Below are positions 1-9,221 of a stretch of 64,000 nt of DNA, one piece after another. The stretch spans positions 13,280 to 77,279 of the forward strand of contig JAURLQ010000024.1 in NCBI GenBank assembly GCA_030831125.1, written 5' to 3'. A program made the translations under genes and the position numbers. The notes beneath the pieces were generated by a model. The model was given only the letters and a program-made list of their open reading frames with translations, made no database searches and was not told the origin of the DNA. The stretch's first letter is position 1; the number at the start of each line of letters is the position of its first letter. Source of the stretch: Gammaproteobacteria bacterium. Its GTDB lineage: Bacteria > Pseudomonadota > Gammaproteobacteria > Pseudomonadales > Pseudohongiellaceae.

Positions 1-1
1 T

Positions 2-181
2 GACACTCGTCTCAACAAGGCAGGATATGCATTCATTGTGGGCATTATCCTGTTCAGTGGCAGTCTCTATCTGCTTGCGCTTACCGGTATGCGCTGGCTC
101 GGCATGGTGACACCTGTCGGTGGGCTTGCGTTCCTCGCCGGCTGGCTGATGCTGGCAATGCACGGCATGAAAGGGGCGTAA
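2..181 (+). CDS. DUF423/YgdD-like small inner-membrane protein, 3' fragment (start lies upstream of window)
   Basis: The frame is open from the window edge to TAA at 179-181. The translation ...[48 protein letters not shown] forms two hydrophobic helices with the GG..F..GW pattern typical of DUF423. Confidence 0.5.
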   Translation, partial: DTRLNKAGYAFIVGIILFSGSLYLLALTGMRWLGMVTPVGGLAFLAGWLMLAMHGMKGA

Positions 182-183
182 AG

Positions 184-876
184 ATGGACAGTAGTGGCGA
201 ACAGGTACTTCGTACAGTAAAAAGCTTTGTCGTCCGGGCAGGGAGGATGACCAATGGTCAGCGTGAGGCCATTGAGAATCTCTGGCCTTTATACGGGCTC
301 AAGGTGGAAGACGGTCTTGTTGAAGGCGATGAAGAGTTTGGCTGCAAGGCGCCGCTTGTGCTTGAAATCGGGTTCGGAATGGGCGATTCACTGGTTGCCA
401 TGGCTGCAGCAGAACCCGGGTTGAATTTTATTGGCGTTGAAGTGCACCCGCCAGGCGTAGGTAACATCCTCAAGTGTCTGCATGAAACGGGCATCGGTAA
501 TTTGAGGATTTTCAAAGCGGATGCCAGGGATGTACTTGAAAAATGTATTGCACCCCACAGTCTGGCCAGGATCCAGATTTATTTCCCCGATCCCTGGCAC
601 AAGAAAAGACATTTCAAAAGGCGTCTCATACAGCCGGGATTTGTAGATGAACTGACCAGCAGGCTTGAGTCTGGTGGCCTGTTGCATCTGGCGACAGACT
701 GGGAGCCCTATGCCCAACAGATGATGGAGGTGCTGGGCAATGCCAAAGATCTGGAAAACGTTTTTGGAGAGGGATGCTGGGCAGAAGTGCACAAGCGTCC
801 GCAAACAAAATTTGAAATGCGCGGGCGCAGACTGGGCCACGGCGTTCGGGATCTGCTGTTTCGTTATACCGGATAA
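184..876 (+). CDS. trmB: tRNA (guanine46-N7)-methyltransferase
   Basis: 230-aa ORF with the SAM-binding 'LEIGFGMGD' block and the TrmB-typical 'FPDPWHKKRH' block. Confidence 0.9.
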   Translation: MDSSGEQVLRTVKSFVVRAGRMTNGQREAIENLWPLYGLKVEDGLVEGDEEFGCKAPLVLEIGFGMGDSLVAMAAAEPGLNFIGVEVHPPGVGNILKCLHETGIGNLRIFKADARDVLEKCIAPHSLARIQIYFPDPWHKKRHFKRRLIQPGFVDELTSRLESGGLLHLATDWEPYAQQMMEVLGNAKDLENVFGEGCWAEVHKRPQTKFEMRGRRLGHGVRDLLFRYTG

Positions 877-908
877 ACAACAGGACTGGTTTTAGCGGCA
901 AGCTGTTT

Positions 909-1619
909 TCAGTTACCTGTCCAGAAGCGGTGGCCGTTGTCAGACAGCCATGAGCGCAATTCCTTGTAATCCGGACATAGTGTGCTCACGGTGTTCCAGA
1001 AGCAGACAGAATGATCCAGATAGCGCAGATGGCTGGTCTCGTGGGCTATCAGATAGTCGATTACTTCCTTCGGCGCCATCATTGCCAGCCAGTTGTACTG
1101 GATTGTGCCGTCCTGACAGCAGTGCCCCCATTTGCTTTTGGTTTTTCTGAAAACCACATCCCTGAGTTTGTGGCTTACGCCAAGACGGCGGGCATATTTG
1201 ATTGTCCGGGTTGCCATGTATTCCCTTGCCTGTTCCTGCAGCCAGCCATTGAACAATTCCTCAAGTTTGTGGCGGTTGCGTTCCCTGATGAACAGATACA
1301 GGTAATCGCCTCGCAGCGTGACTTTCTGCCGGTCTGAAAGAATCACCTGTATTCTGCGTGTGCGCCCCATGAAAGGCACCAGTCTGTTGTCGGCAATAAT
1401 CAGGCGTTGACGTTGTTTGCGTTTCTGGGCGGCTAACTGCTCCAGTATCCACGGAGTCTTTTCCTTGAGAAAACTGTGGATCCAGGCGCTGGAGGCCCTG
1501 AGTGGAGATCTGACCTCAACTTTCCCACCTTTTACGTAAATTACAAGGGTTTTTCTATTAGTCCTTGTAATTTCGTAAGAAAAAGGAAAAGTGGGAAATT
1601 TAAGTGCTGCTGTGGCCAT
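909..1619 (-). CDS. YgjP-like DUF45/M48-type zinc-dependent hydrolase
   Basis: 236-aa ORF. The C-terminal 'HETSHLRYLDHSVCFW' is an HExxH motif in the DUF45/YgjP context. The N-terminus 'YEITRTNRKTLVIYVKGGKVEVRSP' is typical of the family. Confidence 0.8.
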   Translation of the reverse strand: MATAALKFPTFPFSYEITRTNRKTLVIYVKGGKVEVRSPLRASSAWIHSFLKEKTPWILEQLAAQKRKQRQRLIIADNRLVPFMGRTRRIQVILSDRQKVTLRGDYLYLFIRERNRHKLEELFNGWLQEQAREYMATRTIKYARRLGVSHKLRDVVFRKTKSKWGHCCQDGTIQYNWLAMMAPKEVIDYLIAHETSHLRYLDHSVCFWNTVSTLCPDYKELRSWLSDNGHRFWTGN

Positions 1620-1824
1620 TTTTCAGTGGAAAAAGGAGGGCTCTGTCGCCGTTATTGTCAATTTCCAGCATCAACTGCATAAGATTTCCCAATTCACCAG
1701 CGGGAAATCCGTTTCTGGAAAACCAGATCAGATAGGGAGCAGGCAGATCCATCAATAACTTTCCTTGGTATTTCCCAAAAGGCATGGTTGTGTTTGCCAG
1801 CTTGAGCAATACTGCTGATTTCAT
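1600..1824 (-). CDS. DUF3820 family small protein
   Basis: 'MPFGKYQGKLLMDLPAPYLIWFSRNGFPAGELG' matches the DUF3820 signature. The track ORF begins at TTG 1857, but ATG 1824 has a GGAG 9 nt upstream, so I prefer it. The 3' end overlaps the ygjP-like start by 20 nt. Confidence 0.7.
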   Translation of the reverse strand: MKSAVLLKLANTTMPFGKYQGKLLMDLPAPYLIWFSRNGFPAGELGNLMQLMLEIDNNGDRALLFPLKNGHSST

Positions 1825-1920
1825 CAAGAATTGCTCCAATAAATCCCACTTTTCCAAAAAAAAATCGCTATTCCTGATATTTTCTCGGAAAAAGCAAAAA
1901 GTGGGATAAATTATCTAAAA

Positions 1921-2820
1921 CTAAAGATTCGGGCTGTTAAATACAGCTGTTATCCACGCTTCCTCGGAAATAAAGCCGGTACCCCATTGTTCATACTCTG
2001 CCGGTAAGCCTTCTTCGATAATAGCCTCAAGACTCAGGCCTGCCGCCTTTCGGTCGAGCACCATGGCAGCGGTTTCATTTACTCCATCCACATAGGTCAC
2101 GAACTCTGCCTTTGTAGAGAGATTTCCGTGGCCGGGAATGATCAGGATGTCATCTGGCAGTCGGGTAACCAGGTTGTTCAGGTTACGGATCAGCCCATGG
2201 ACGTTGCCGTTGCTGCTCAGGTCGATAAAAGGGTAGCGAATGGCAAAAAACTGGTCACCCATGTGTAAAACATTTGAGCCGGTAAACCAGATGGCTGAAT
2301 CTCCATCGGTATGCCCGTTCGGCAAATGGATCAGGCGTATCTCCTCGCCATTGAAATGGATGCTGACGCCATCTGCATAGGTGATCACCGGATATGATTC
2401 AGGCACACGACTGTTGGCCGGGTCTGTGAGACGAGCTCTCACGTTGTCATGGGCAATGATGGTGGCCTGGTCCGAGAAGTTTTCATTGCCGCCACTGTGA
2501 TCGCCATGCCAGTGGGTATTGACCAGAAAAGCCGGAGCATCGCCACCCAGACTGGAAATAGCTGCCTTGATCTTGTCTGAAAGCGGTGCGAACTGGTCAT
2601 CGACCATCAGTACGCCATCTTCACCAATGGAGACTGCAATGTTCCCTCCCTGTCCCATCAGCATGGTAATGTTGCCGGCAGCGGGGACCGGGGTAATGAC
2701 CACGTTGGCAAAGTCATCCTGGGCTTGTGATAGTCCGGGAAGAAATATACTGGAAAATACGAGGCTTTTGACGAATACAGAGTGAAAACGGCTGGTTGGT
2801 AAAGCGGTTGATCCGGACAT
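1921..2820 (-). CDS. Exported metallo-beta-lactamase-fold hydrolase
   Basis: N-terminal signal peptide (…SIFLPGLSQAQD). Canonical HxHxDH motif in 'VNTHWHGDHSGGN', plus downstream His/Asp ligands ('GHTDGD', 'IPGHG'). Confidence 0.8.
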   Translation of the reverse strand: MSGSTALPTSRFHSVFVKSLVFSSIFLPGLSQAQDDFANVVITPVPAAGNITMLMGQGGNIAVSIGEDGVLMVDDQFAPLSDKIKAAISSLGGDAPAFLVNTHWHGDHSGGNENFSDQATIIAHDNVRARLTDPANSRVPESYPVITYADGVSIHFNGEEIRLIHLPNGHTDGDSAIWFTGSNVLHMGDQFFAIRYPFIDLSSNGNVHGLIRNLNNLVTRLPDDILIIPGHGNLSTKAEFVTYVDGVNETAAMVLDRKAAGLSLEAIIEEGLPAEYEQWGTGFISEEAWITAVFNSPNL

Positions 2821-2955
2821 CAGTTTGTTCCTTTGCCGCCAGGGCGGGAAGTGTCAACTGCGGGCGATGGTATAGAAAAGCGTGAGGCTGAACAAGATCA
2901 TGTCTGCGCTGAAACTGGTCCTGGAAATCAGGTTGTGGAACTGGTTGTCGGGCGT

Positions 2956-3471
2956 TCAGCCGTATATCCGTAGTTGTACTCCGGATGGCCATAAGACCGA
3001 ATCCATTTCCTGCATGCCAAGTGATTCCAGCAGCCGGATGGATCCGGGATTGTCCGGCTTGGTAACGGCAATTATCCTGTCCAGCCCTATTACATTTGAG
3101 CCGTATTCAAGGCAGGCTTTTGCAGCTTCCCGTGCATAGCCTTTTCCCTGGAATTCAGGCAGAAAAGCATAGCCGAGGTCAACGTGCTTCAGATGAGTTC
3201 GTCGTAACAGACCACACAAACCCGTTGCAGTGCCGCTGGATTTTTCAATCACTGCCCACAGACCCATTCCCTGGTTGCGATATTCACTGATGACCTTCTC
3301 GCGGATGTAACGTGCAGCATCTTTGTCACTGGCTATTTCCGGATCACTGATGTGTTGCAACCAGCCTGGTGAGGTCAGCAGGTTGCGAATGAAAGGAGCA
3401 TCCGCAAGCGTAACTTCCCGCAGCTCAAGACGTTGAGTGGAGATTATCAGGCGTCCCTTGCCTGGCTTCAT
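2956..3471 (-). CDS. GNAT family N-acetyltransferase (RimJ/RimL-like)
   Basis: 171 aa with 'RLELREVTLADAPFI' at the N-terminus. The acetyl-CoA motif 'FQGKGYAREAAKA' fits R/Q-x-x-G-x-G/A. The ATG directly abuts the leuA stop (TGAATG). Confidence 0.75.
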   Translation of the reverse strand: MKPGKGRLIISTQRLELREVTLADAPFIRNLLTSPGWLQHISDPEIASDKDAARYIREKVISEYRNQGMGLWAVIEKSSGTATGLCGLLRRTHLKHVDLGYAFLPEFQGKGYAREAAKACLEYGSNVIGLDRIIAVTKPDNPGSIRLLESLGMQEMDSVLWPSGVQLRIYG

Positions 3472-5154
3472 TCATGCAGCCTGGCGGCGACGCAACTGCA
3501 GAGCCTGGCTGAATGCCTGTAAAAGTGCATTGACTGAAGAAGTGACTATATCTGCATCAACAGCAATGCCGGTAAAACGTCTGTTATCGTGTTTTATCTG
3601 CAGGTAGGTGACCGCTTCGGCATTGGCATTCTGGCTCAGGGCATGTTCGCCGTACTCAAGAATCTGCAGCTCCATGCCAAAAGTGGACTCAAGGGCTTTT
3701 ACAAAGGCTTCAAGCATGCCGTTGCCACTACCCTGGATTTCAAAGGCGTTTCCATCCAGCTCGAGTTCTCCGCGAACCGTTTCACCGTTATTCTTCTCGA
3801 TGGCAAAGCTCTTGAGCGTAAGGTTGGCACCACTCTCAAGGTAGGTGTTACGGAACAGTTGGAAAATCCGGTCGGGAGAGATTTCCCGGCCAGTATCTTC
3901 TGCATCCTTCTGCACCACACGACTGAATTCGATTTGCAGCCAGCGTGGCAGCTGATACCCGTATTTGTTATCCATGACATACGCTACGCCGCCCTTGCCA
4001 CTTTGTGAATTTACCCGGATCACATCCTGATAGGTGCGGCCTACATCGCGAGGGTCGATGGGCAGATAGGCAATTTCCCAGGTGTCCCCTTCCTTGTAGA
4101 GGTCGAGACATTTCTTGATGGCATCCTGGTGGCTTCCTGAAAATGCAGTGAAAACCAGACTGCCGGCATAGGGGTGACGTGGATGAACGTCGATCTGTGT
4201 ACAGTGTTTTACTACTGAGCAGATCCGGTCCATATCGCTGAAATCCAGCTCAGGGTCTATACCCTGGCTGTACAGATTCATCCCCATGGTAACAACATCA
4301 AGATTGCCGGTACGTTCACCATTGCCAAGCAGACAACCTTCCACACGGTCGGCGCCAGCCATCATGCCGAGTTCCGAGGCAGCTACACCGCAGCCACGGT
4401 CATTATGGGTATGCAAGCTGATGACAAGGGCTTCACGGTTGCGGATATTGCGGCAGAACCACTCTATCTGGTCGGCATAGACATTGGGTGTTGCCATTTC
4501 CACGGTAGCCGGCAGGTTGATGATTGCCTTGTGATCCGGTGTCGGTTTCCAGACCTCATTGACTGCATCGCACACTTGTACCGCGTATTCGAGCTCGGTA
4601 CCGGTGAAGCTCTCTGGAGAGTACTGGAAATACCATTCGGTTTCCGGTGCCAGCTGTGCGCAGCGCAGTACTACTTTGGCGCCATTGACGGCAATATTCC
4701 TGATGCCGTCCCTGTCGAGTTTGAAAACCTTTTCCCGCTGCACGGTGGACGTGGAGTTGTACAGATGAACTATTGCCCTTCTTGCGCCCTTAAGGGATTC
4801 GAAGGTCCGCTGGATCAGTTCAGGTCGGGCCTGCGTCAGGACCTGCACGGTGACATCTTCAGGGATGACATTTTCTTCAATGAGATAGCGGACAAAATCG
4901 AAGTCGGGTTGGGAGGCGGCCGGAAATCCTATTTCAATTTCCTTGAAGCCGACATCTACAAGGAGGGCAAACATGAGTTTCTTCTGGGCAACAGACATCG
5001 GCTCGATCAGAGCCTGATTGCCGTCACGCAGATCCACACTGCACCAGGTGGGTGCTTGGGTAATGACCTTGTCAGGCCATGTACGGTCTTTTAAACCGAT
5101 GGGCTGGAAAGGTTTGTACTTCTTGTGGTCGTACATCTTCCTGTCGTTACTCAT
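3472..5154 (-). CDS. leuA: 2-isopropylmalate synthase, long form
   Basis: 560 aa with 'WCSVDLRDGNQAL' and 'LHTHNDRGCGVAASELG' (HMGL-like catalytic motifs) and a C-terminal LeuA regulatory domain. Confidence 0.9.
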   Translation of the reverse strand: MSNDRKMYDHKKYKPFQPIGLKDRTWPDKVITQAPTWCSVDLRDGNQALIEPMSVAQKKLMFALLVDVGFKEIEIGFPAASQPDFDFVRYLIEENVIPEDVTVQVLTQARPELIQRTFESLKGARRAIVHLYNSTSTVQREKVFKLDRDGIRNIAVNGAKVVLRCAQLAPETEWYFQYSPESFTGTELEYAVQVCDAVNEVWKPTPDHKAIINLPATVEMATPNVYADQIEWFCRNIRNREALVISLHTHNDRGCGVAASELGMMAGADRVEGCLLGNGERTGNLDVVTMGMNLYSQGIDPELDFSDMDRICSVVKHCTQIDVHPRHPYAGSLVFTAFSGSHQDAIKKCLDLYKEGDTWEIAYLPIDPRDVGRTYQDVIRVNSQSGKGGVAYVMDNKYGYQLPRWLQIEFSRVVQKDAEDTGREISPDRIFQLFRNTYLESGANLTLKSFAIEKNNGETVRGELELDGNAFEIQGSGNGMLEAFVKALESTFGMELQILEYGEHALSQNANAEAVTYLQIKHDNRRFTGIAVDADIVTSSVNALLQAFSQALQLRRRQAA

Positions 5155-5299
5155 GTTGCTGCTCCTGATTCAATGGCTGCGCAGTTTACAGGAAATCCTG
5201 GAGAATATAATTGCGAATATGGCTTAAATATCAATATATACAAAATTATATTTCATTATTATAGGTAATATGAATATAATATTGCATATATAGCCAGAT
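5155..5299. promoter_or_regulatory. Divergent leuA / lrp control region (AT-rich)
   Basis: 145-bp spacer between divergent start codons. It is very AT-rich, with repeated AATATAAT/AATATCAAT-like words. Promoters must lie here, but individual -10/-35 boxes or Lrp sites cannot be assigned confidently by eye. Confidence 0.35.
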
Positions 5300-5782
5300 A
5301 TGGGGAATCCAGTGGAACTTGACAGAACAGACAGACGTATTCTGGCTGAGTTGCAGGATAATGCCAGAATCAGTAACCAGGAGCTGGCAGAGAAGGTGGG
5401 CCTGTCGCCTTCTCCCTGCCTTCGTCGGGTAAGGCAGCTTGAGGAAGCAGGTTATATAAAAAGCTACAATGCGGTACTGAATGCGTCCCTGCTCGGACTC
5501 AAGCTCATGGCGCTGGTCCAGATAAGCATGGACAGGCATACACCGGACCGCTTTGAGCAGTTCGAGGCTACGGTCCTTGAATATCCACAAGTGCTTGAAT
5601 GCATACTCATAACCGGTCAATCGGCAGACTACCAACTGAAGGTTGTTGTCAAAGACATGGAAGAATACCAGGATTTTCTGCTTAACCGGCTCACCAGAAT
5701 TCCGGGCGTATCCGATGTTCATTCCAGCTTTGTGTTGAGACAGGTTGTGTCTACACAGGCGCTCCCGCTTGGTAACCTTTGA
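5300..5782 (+). CDS. lrp: Lrp/AsnC family transcriptional regulator (leucine-responsive regulatory protein-like)
   Basis: 160 aa. N-terminal wHTH 'LDRTDRRILAELQDNARISNQELAEKVGLSPSPCLRRVRQLEEAGYI' followed by a C-terminal AsnC/RAM ligand domain. Confidence 0.85.
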   Translation: MGNPVELDRTDRRILAELQDNARISNQELAEKVGLSPSPCLRRVRQLEEAGYIKSYNAVLNASLLGLKLMALVQISMDRHTPDRFEQFEATVLEYPQVLECILITGQSADYQLKVVVKDMEEYQDFLLNRLTRIPGVSDVHSSFVLRQVVSTQALPLGNL

Positions 5783-5907
5783 CCTGTGTTCTCAAAAAGT
5801 CAGCCTGATTACAGTCAGTGTGGCACGCTCCCTGCTGTTCCTGCTGTAAGCAGTGGTATCTGTTCGTGTTATAGTTCCGCTTCGCTTTGATTGAATTCCT
5901 TGTACTC

Positions 5908-6327
5908 ATGTCCAGTATTTTTACACGCATACTAGCCGGTGATCTGCCAGGCCATTTCATATGGAAAGACGATCTGTGTTTCGCCATCCTGACGATACAG
6001 CCGATACGTACCGGGCATGCCATTGTTATTCCCAATACAGAAATCAATCACTGGGATGATGTGCCGCCGGCAACTGCTGCGCATCTGATGCAGGTAAGCC
6101 AGCATGTGGCCAAAGCCATCAAGCAACTGGTGCCGTGCAAGCGTGTCGGTCTCATGGTTGTTGGTCTGGAAGTGCCACACACCCATCTGCATGTCATGCC
6201 CATCGACACCCCCGCGGACATGGACTTCAAATATGCCAGTGCGGCACCGCCACAGGAGCTCGAGAAAACTGCAGCGGCACTCCGTAAAGTGCTGCAGGCA
6301 GCGGGTCATCCCCAGGCTGTCAGCTGA
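5908..6327 (+). CDS. HIT family (histidine triad) nucleotide hydrolase/transferase
   Basis: Histidine triad 'VPHTHLHVMP'. The N-terminus 'MSSIFTRILAGDLPG' is typical of the family. ATG 5908 is preferred over the upstream track start. Confidence 0.8.
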   Translation: MSSIFTRILAGDLPGHFIWKDDLCFAILTIQPIRTGHAIVIPNTEINHWDDVPPATAAHLMQVSQHVAKAIKQLVPCKRVGLMVVGLEVPHTHLHVMPIDTPADMDFKYASAAPPQELEKTAAALRKVLQAAGHPQAVS

Positions 6328-6348
6328 AAACCTGACACTGGCCATGCC

Positions 6349-7074
6349 ATGACAAACCGGGACACGATCTATCAGTCTGATGATCCAGTGGCATCCTTCG
6401 TCTTTGACGAACGGGTGGCTGATGTGTTTGCAGACATGATCAATCGATCGGTGCCGGGTTACGGTACCATCATCACCATGATAGGGACATTTGCCGAGCG
6501 CTATGGGAGGCCGGATTCAATCTGTTATGACCTGGGCTGTTCGCTTGGTGCTGCAACTCTCTCAATGCGTCGACAGATATCTGCACCCGCCTGCCGCATT
6601 GTGGCGGTGGATAATTCCGCTGCAATGATAAGCCGTTGTCAGCAGATGCTTGCAAAAGACAGCAGTACTGTTCCGGTTGAACTTCTCTGTGCAGACATTC
6701 TTGATATTGAGATCAAACACGCTTCGCTGGTGGTCATGAACTTCACCCTGCAGTTCATTCCTCCGGCACAACGCAGTGCCCTGATCAGGAAAATCCATGA
6801 TGGTTTGTTGCCTGGTGGCATGCTTGTGCTCTCGGAAAAAATTCATTTCGAAGATCCGGTACTTAATGCACTGTTTATTGACTTGCACCATCGTTTCAAG
6901 GAACACAATGGCTACAGCAAGACCGAAATCAGCCGAAAAAGGGCGGCTATTGAAAACGTGCTGATTCCGGAAAGTCTCAGGACGCACGAGTCCAGATTGC
7001 TCGATGCCGGATTCAGCAGCTTTGCTGTCTGGTTCCAGTGCTTCAATTTTGCCTCCATGGTTGCAGTCAAATAA
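6349..7074 (+). CDS. cmoA: Carboxy-S-adenosyl-L-methionine synthase
   Basis: 'FDERVADVFADMINRSVPGY' plus a class I SAM-MTase core ('YDLGCSLGA'). It is immediately followed by cmoB. Confidence 0.9.
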   Translation: MTNRDTIYQSDDPVASFVFDERVADVFADMINRSVPGYGTIITMIGTFAERYGRPDSICYDLGCSLGAATLSMRRQISAPACRIVAVDNSAAMISRCQQMLAKDSSTVPVELLCADILDIEIKHASLVVMNFTLQFIPPAQRSALIRKIHDGLLPGGMLVLSEKIHFEDPVLNALFIDLHHRFKEHNGYSKTEISRKRAAIENVLIPESLRTHESRLLDAGFSSFAVWFQCFNFASMVAVK

Positions 7075-8051
7075 TGTCTTTTGCGCTGGAATTTGAACCG
7101 ATGCTTGAGGCATTGGATGGGGCTCTGGCACCATTGCGTCCCCTGGTGCCTCTCAACTGGGAAAGCTCCTGCACACATGGTGATTTTCCGCGCTGGTATC
7201 AGGCCTTGCAGGGTCTGCCGGATATAGAGCCACTATCGCGCGATTTTCTGGGCAGTTTGCGCATTGGTGAGGCTTCACAACTGGACCCGATAGATAGTGA
7301 GCAGCTCAAGTCCACGCTGATGCATTTGCATCCATGGCGCAAGGGCCCGTTGACCCTGTTTGGTATACAGATTGACACCGAATGGCGTTCTGACTGGAAA
7401 TGGAACCGGGTATTGCCACACATCTCGCCATTGGCCGGGCGCCGGGTTCTGGATGTTGGCTGTGGCAATGGCTATCACTGCTGGCGCATGGCAGGGCATG
7501 AAGCAGGCCTGGTGCTGGGTATTGAACCCTCGGTTCTTTTCAATCTGCAATTCCATGTTGTGAAAAAGTACTGCTCCGATGCGCCTGTTTTCATGCTGCC
7601 CAACAAGCTCGAAGAGCTGCCTTCACGATTGCATGCTTTTGACACGGTATTTTCCATGGGGGTGCTGTATCACCGCCGGGAACCAATTGAGCATTTGGAG
7701 GAGCTGCGCAATTGTCTGCAGCCCGGAGGTGAGCTGGTACTGGAAACGCTAATGGCAGAAGGTGAAGACCTGTTTCCCGAGCCAGGGGAACGTTATGCAA
7801 GAATGGGAAATGTCTGGAACGTCCCCTGTTCGAGCACCCTGCTGGACTGGATGCGCGAAGCAGGTTTTACCAATGCGCGTCTGGTCGATGTCAACCGTAC
7901 CAGTATTGAAGAGCAGCGCTCAACCGACTGGATGCAATTTGAATCACTGGCACAGTCGCTGGACCCGAACGACCAATTGCTCACAGTTGAAGGTTATCCG
8001 GCGCCATTACGGGGCATAGTGGTAGCAACAGTCCCGGTTGGCGTGCGCTGA
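7074..8051 (+). CDS. cmoB: tRNA U34 carboxymethyltransferase
   Basis: 'HLHPWRKGP' and 'VLDVGCGNGYH'. ATG 7074 overlaps the cmoA stop (ATAATG), indicating translational coupling. Confidence 0.9.
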   Translation: MSFALEFEPMLEALDGALAPLRPLVPLNWESSCTHGDFPRWYQALQGLPDIEPLSRDFLGSLRIGEASQLDPIDSEQLKSTLMHLHPWRKGPLTLFGIQIDTEWRSDWKWNRVLPHISPLAGRRVLDVGCGNGYHCWRMAGHEAGLVLGIEPSVLFNLQFHVVKKYCSDAPVFMLPNKLEELPSRLHAFDTVFSMGVLYHRREPIEHLEELRNCLQPGGELVLETLMAEGEDLFPEPGERYARMGNVWNVPCSSTLLDWMREAGFTNARLVDVNRTSIEEQRSTDWMQFESLAQSLDPNDQLLTVEGYPAPLRGIVVATVPVGVR

Positions 8052-8055
8052 CTGC

Positions 8056-9066
8056 CTACTGAGGTACGTGTTCGATATACCGGGAGGCTACTTCCGGGTC
8101 GCAGGCTTCAGATGCCGGCGAAATCTCAAGGTCGGGTCGATGGTCCCATTGCATCGTCAGTGTGGCTGGTCCGGAAAGTGATTCAGGATCTTCAACAACG
8201 ATTTCGTAGCGCAGTCGCAGCCCGTCATCGGTCAATGCCATCCTTTCGATGGTGTGCTTGAGTGCACTGGACGGCACGTTCGCGGCTATACCAGAGGGAT
8301 TGGGTTCAAAAGCCACCGTATCGATTACCAGAGTTGAGTCTTCCCACCTTCCAATGGAGTGACCCATGCGGGTAGGCTGGATATCAGCCGGATGGCTTGC
8401 GTCCAGATGGATGGTTCGAACGGCAAGGTCGCCCGAATTGTCGAAGCGCATGATGATTTCGTCATTCGAGATTTCGATGGTACGCAGTTCGTTGAGAACG
8501 GCAAGAAAGGGAATGGGTTCAACAAAGCACAGTCCATCTGCGACCAGTGCTGTCTGGGTTTCCCTGGCAGCCGGAGTTACAGGCCAGCGTGCAAGGGCAC
8601 CAAAAGCCGCACCGGTAGCTTGCAGGGAAGGCGCCCAGTGTCCTTCAAGACTGCTGGCGGGCACAAGTTCCCGACTGCGGGTGTTGGCGGCATAAAAAGG
8701 ATGGATTTCACCATCTTCAGTTGTGACATCAAGAATGCGAACCTGCTTGCCCCAGCCACCGCGATTCGGGTTTACGCGCATGACTACCGGTGTGCCTGGT
8801 TGCAATGCCTCACGATCCAGTCCATCCACAAGCGCCTGGGTGATTGCGAGGCCTTCACCTTCCACCAGAGCAGGCTCACCATCAGGCCCCGTGGTTGCAA
8901 CAATCAGGTACATGTGAGGGTTGACCCAGTCAAAACGCTGGACTGTACCCTGCACAAGCAGTTCCTGAGATGTGTCGAACATGGCCTGGCTGTGATGGGC
9001 GGAAGCAGAAGCCGCCAGAAACGAGGCAACAGCGAGTGTCGTGATGACAGTTATCAATTGTTTCAT
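8056..9066 (-). CDS. Exported protein, DUF6152-like N-terminal domain plus about 200-aa extra C-terminal domain
   Basis: Signal peptide MKQLITVITTLAVASFLAASASA, then 'HHSQAMFD...VQGTVQRFDWVNPHMYL', which resembles the DUF6152 signature. The start is taken at the ATG that provides the signal peptide. Confidence 0.5.
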   Translation of the reverse strand: MKQLITVITTLAVASFLAASASAHHSQAMFDTSQELLVQGTVQRFDWVNPHMYLIVATTGPDGEPALVEGEGLAITQALVDGLDREALQPGTPVVMRVNPNRGGWGKQVRILDVTTEDGEIHPFYAANTRSRELVPASSLEGHWAPSLQATGAAFGALARWPVTPAARETQTALVADGLCFVEPIPFLAVLNELRTIEISNDEIIMRFDNSGDLAVRTIHLDASHPADIQPTRMGHSIGRWEDSTLVIDTVAFEPNPSGIAANVPSSALKHTIERMALTDDGLRLRYEIVVEDPESLSGPATLTMQWDHRPDLEISPASEACDPEVASRYIEHVPQ

Positions 9067-9221
9067 TGCAGCCTCCGCGGCCCGGTTTTTAATGGCCAGT
9101 TTGGGACGCTTTTGCCGGTAGCGCAAGCCCGGTGACCCTGGCCCATGTGCAACAGGCTCACTTGTAATCCGGGAGTGTCTCGCTACACTGCTTGTACATT
9201 TTACCGGTCAGAAACAGATTC

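Noticed and set aside
5246-5722. A 158-aa ORF antisense to lrp that extends into the leuA/lrp spacer.
   Set aside because: It overlaps the clearly real lrp gene. Its start lies within lrp coding sequence, and no motif supports it.
8359-9135. A 258-aa ORF antisense to the DUF6152-like gene. Similar long antisense ORFs occur at 4405-5094, 10038-10577, 41185-41895, 50022-50648, 56061-56693 and 58098-58682.
   Set aside because: Each overlaps a gene with strong family motifs on the other strand, and their translations are Arg/Cys/His-rich with no recognisable domains. These are typical shadow ORFs in moderately GC-rich coding DNA.
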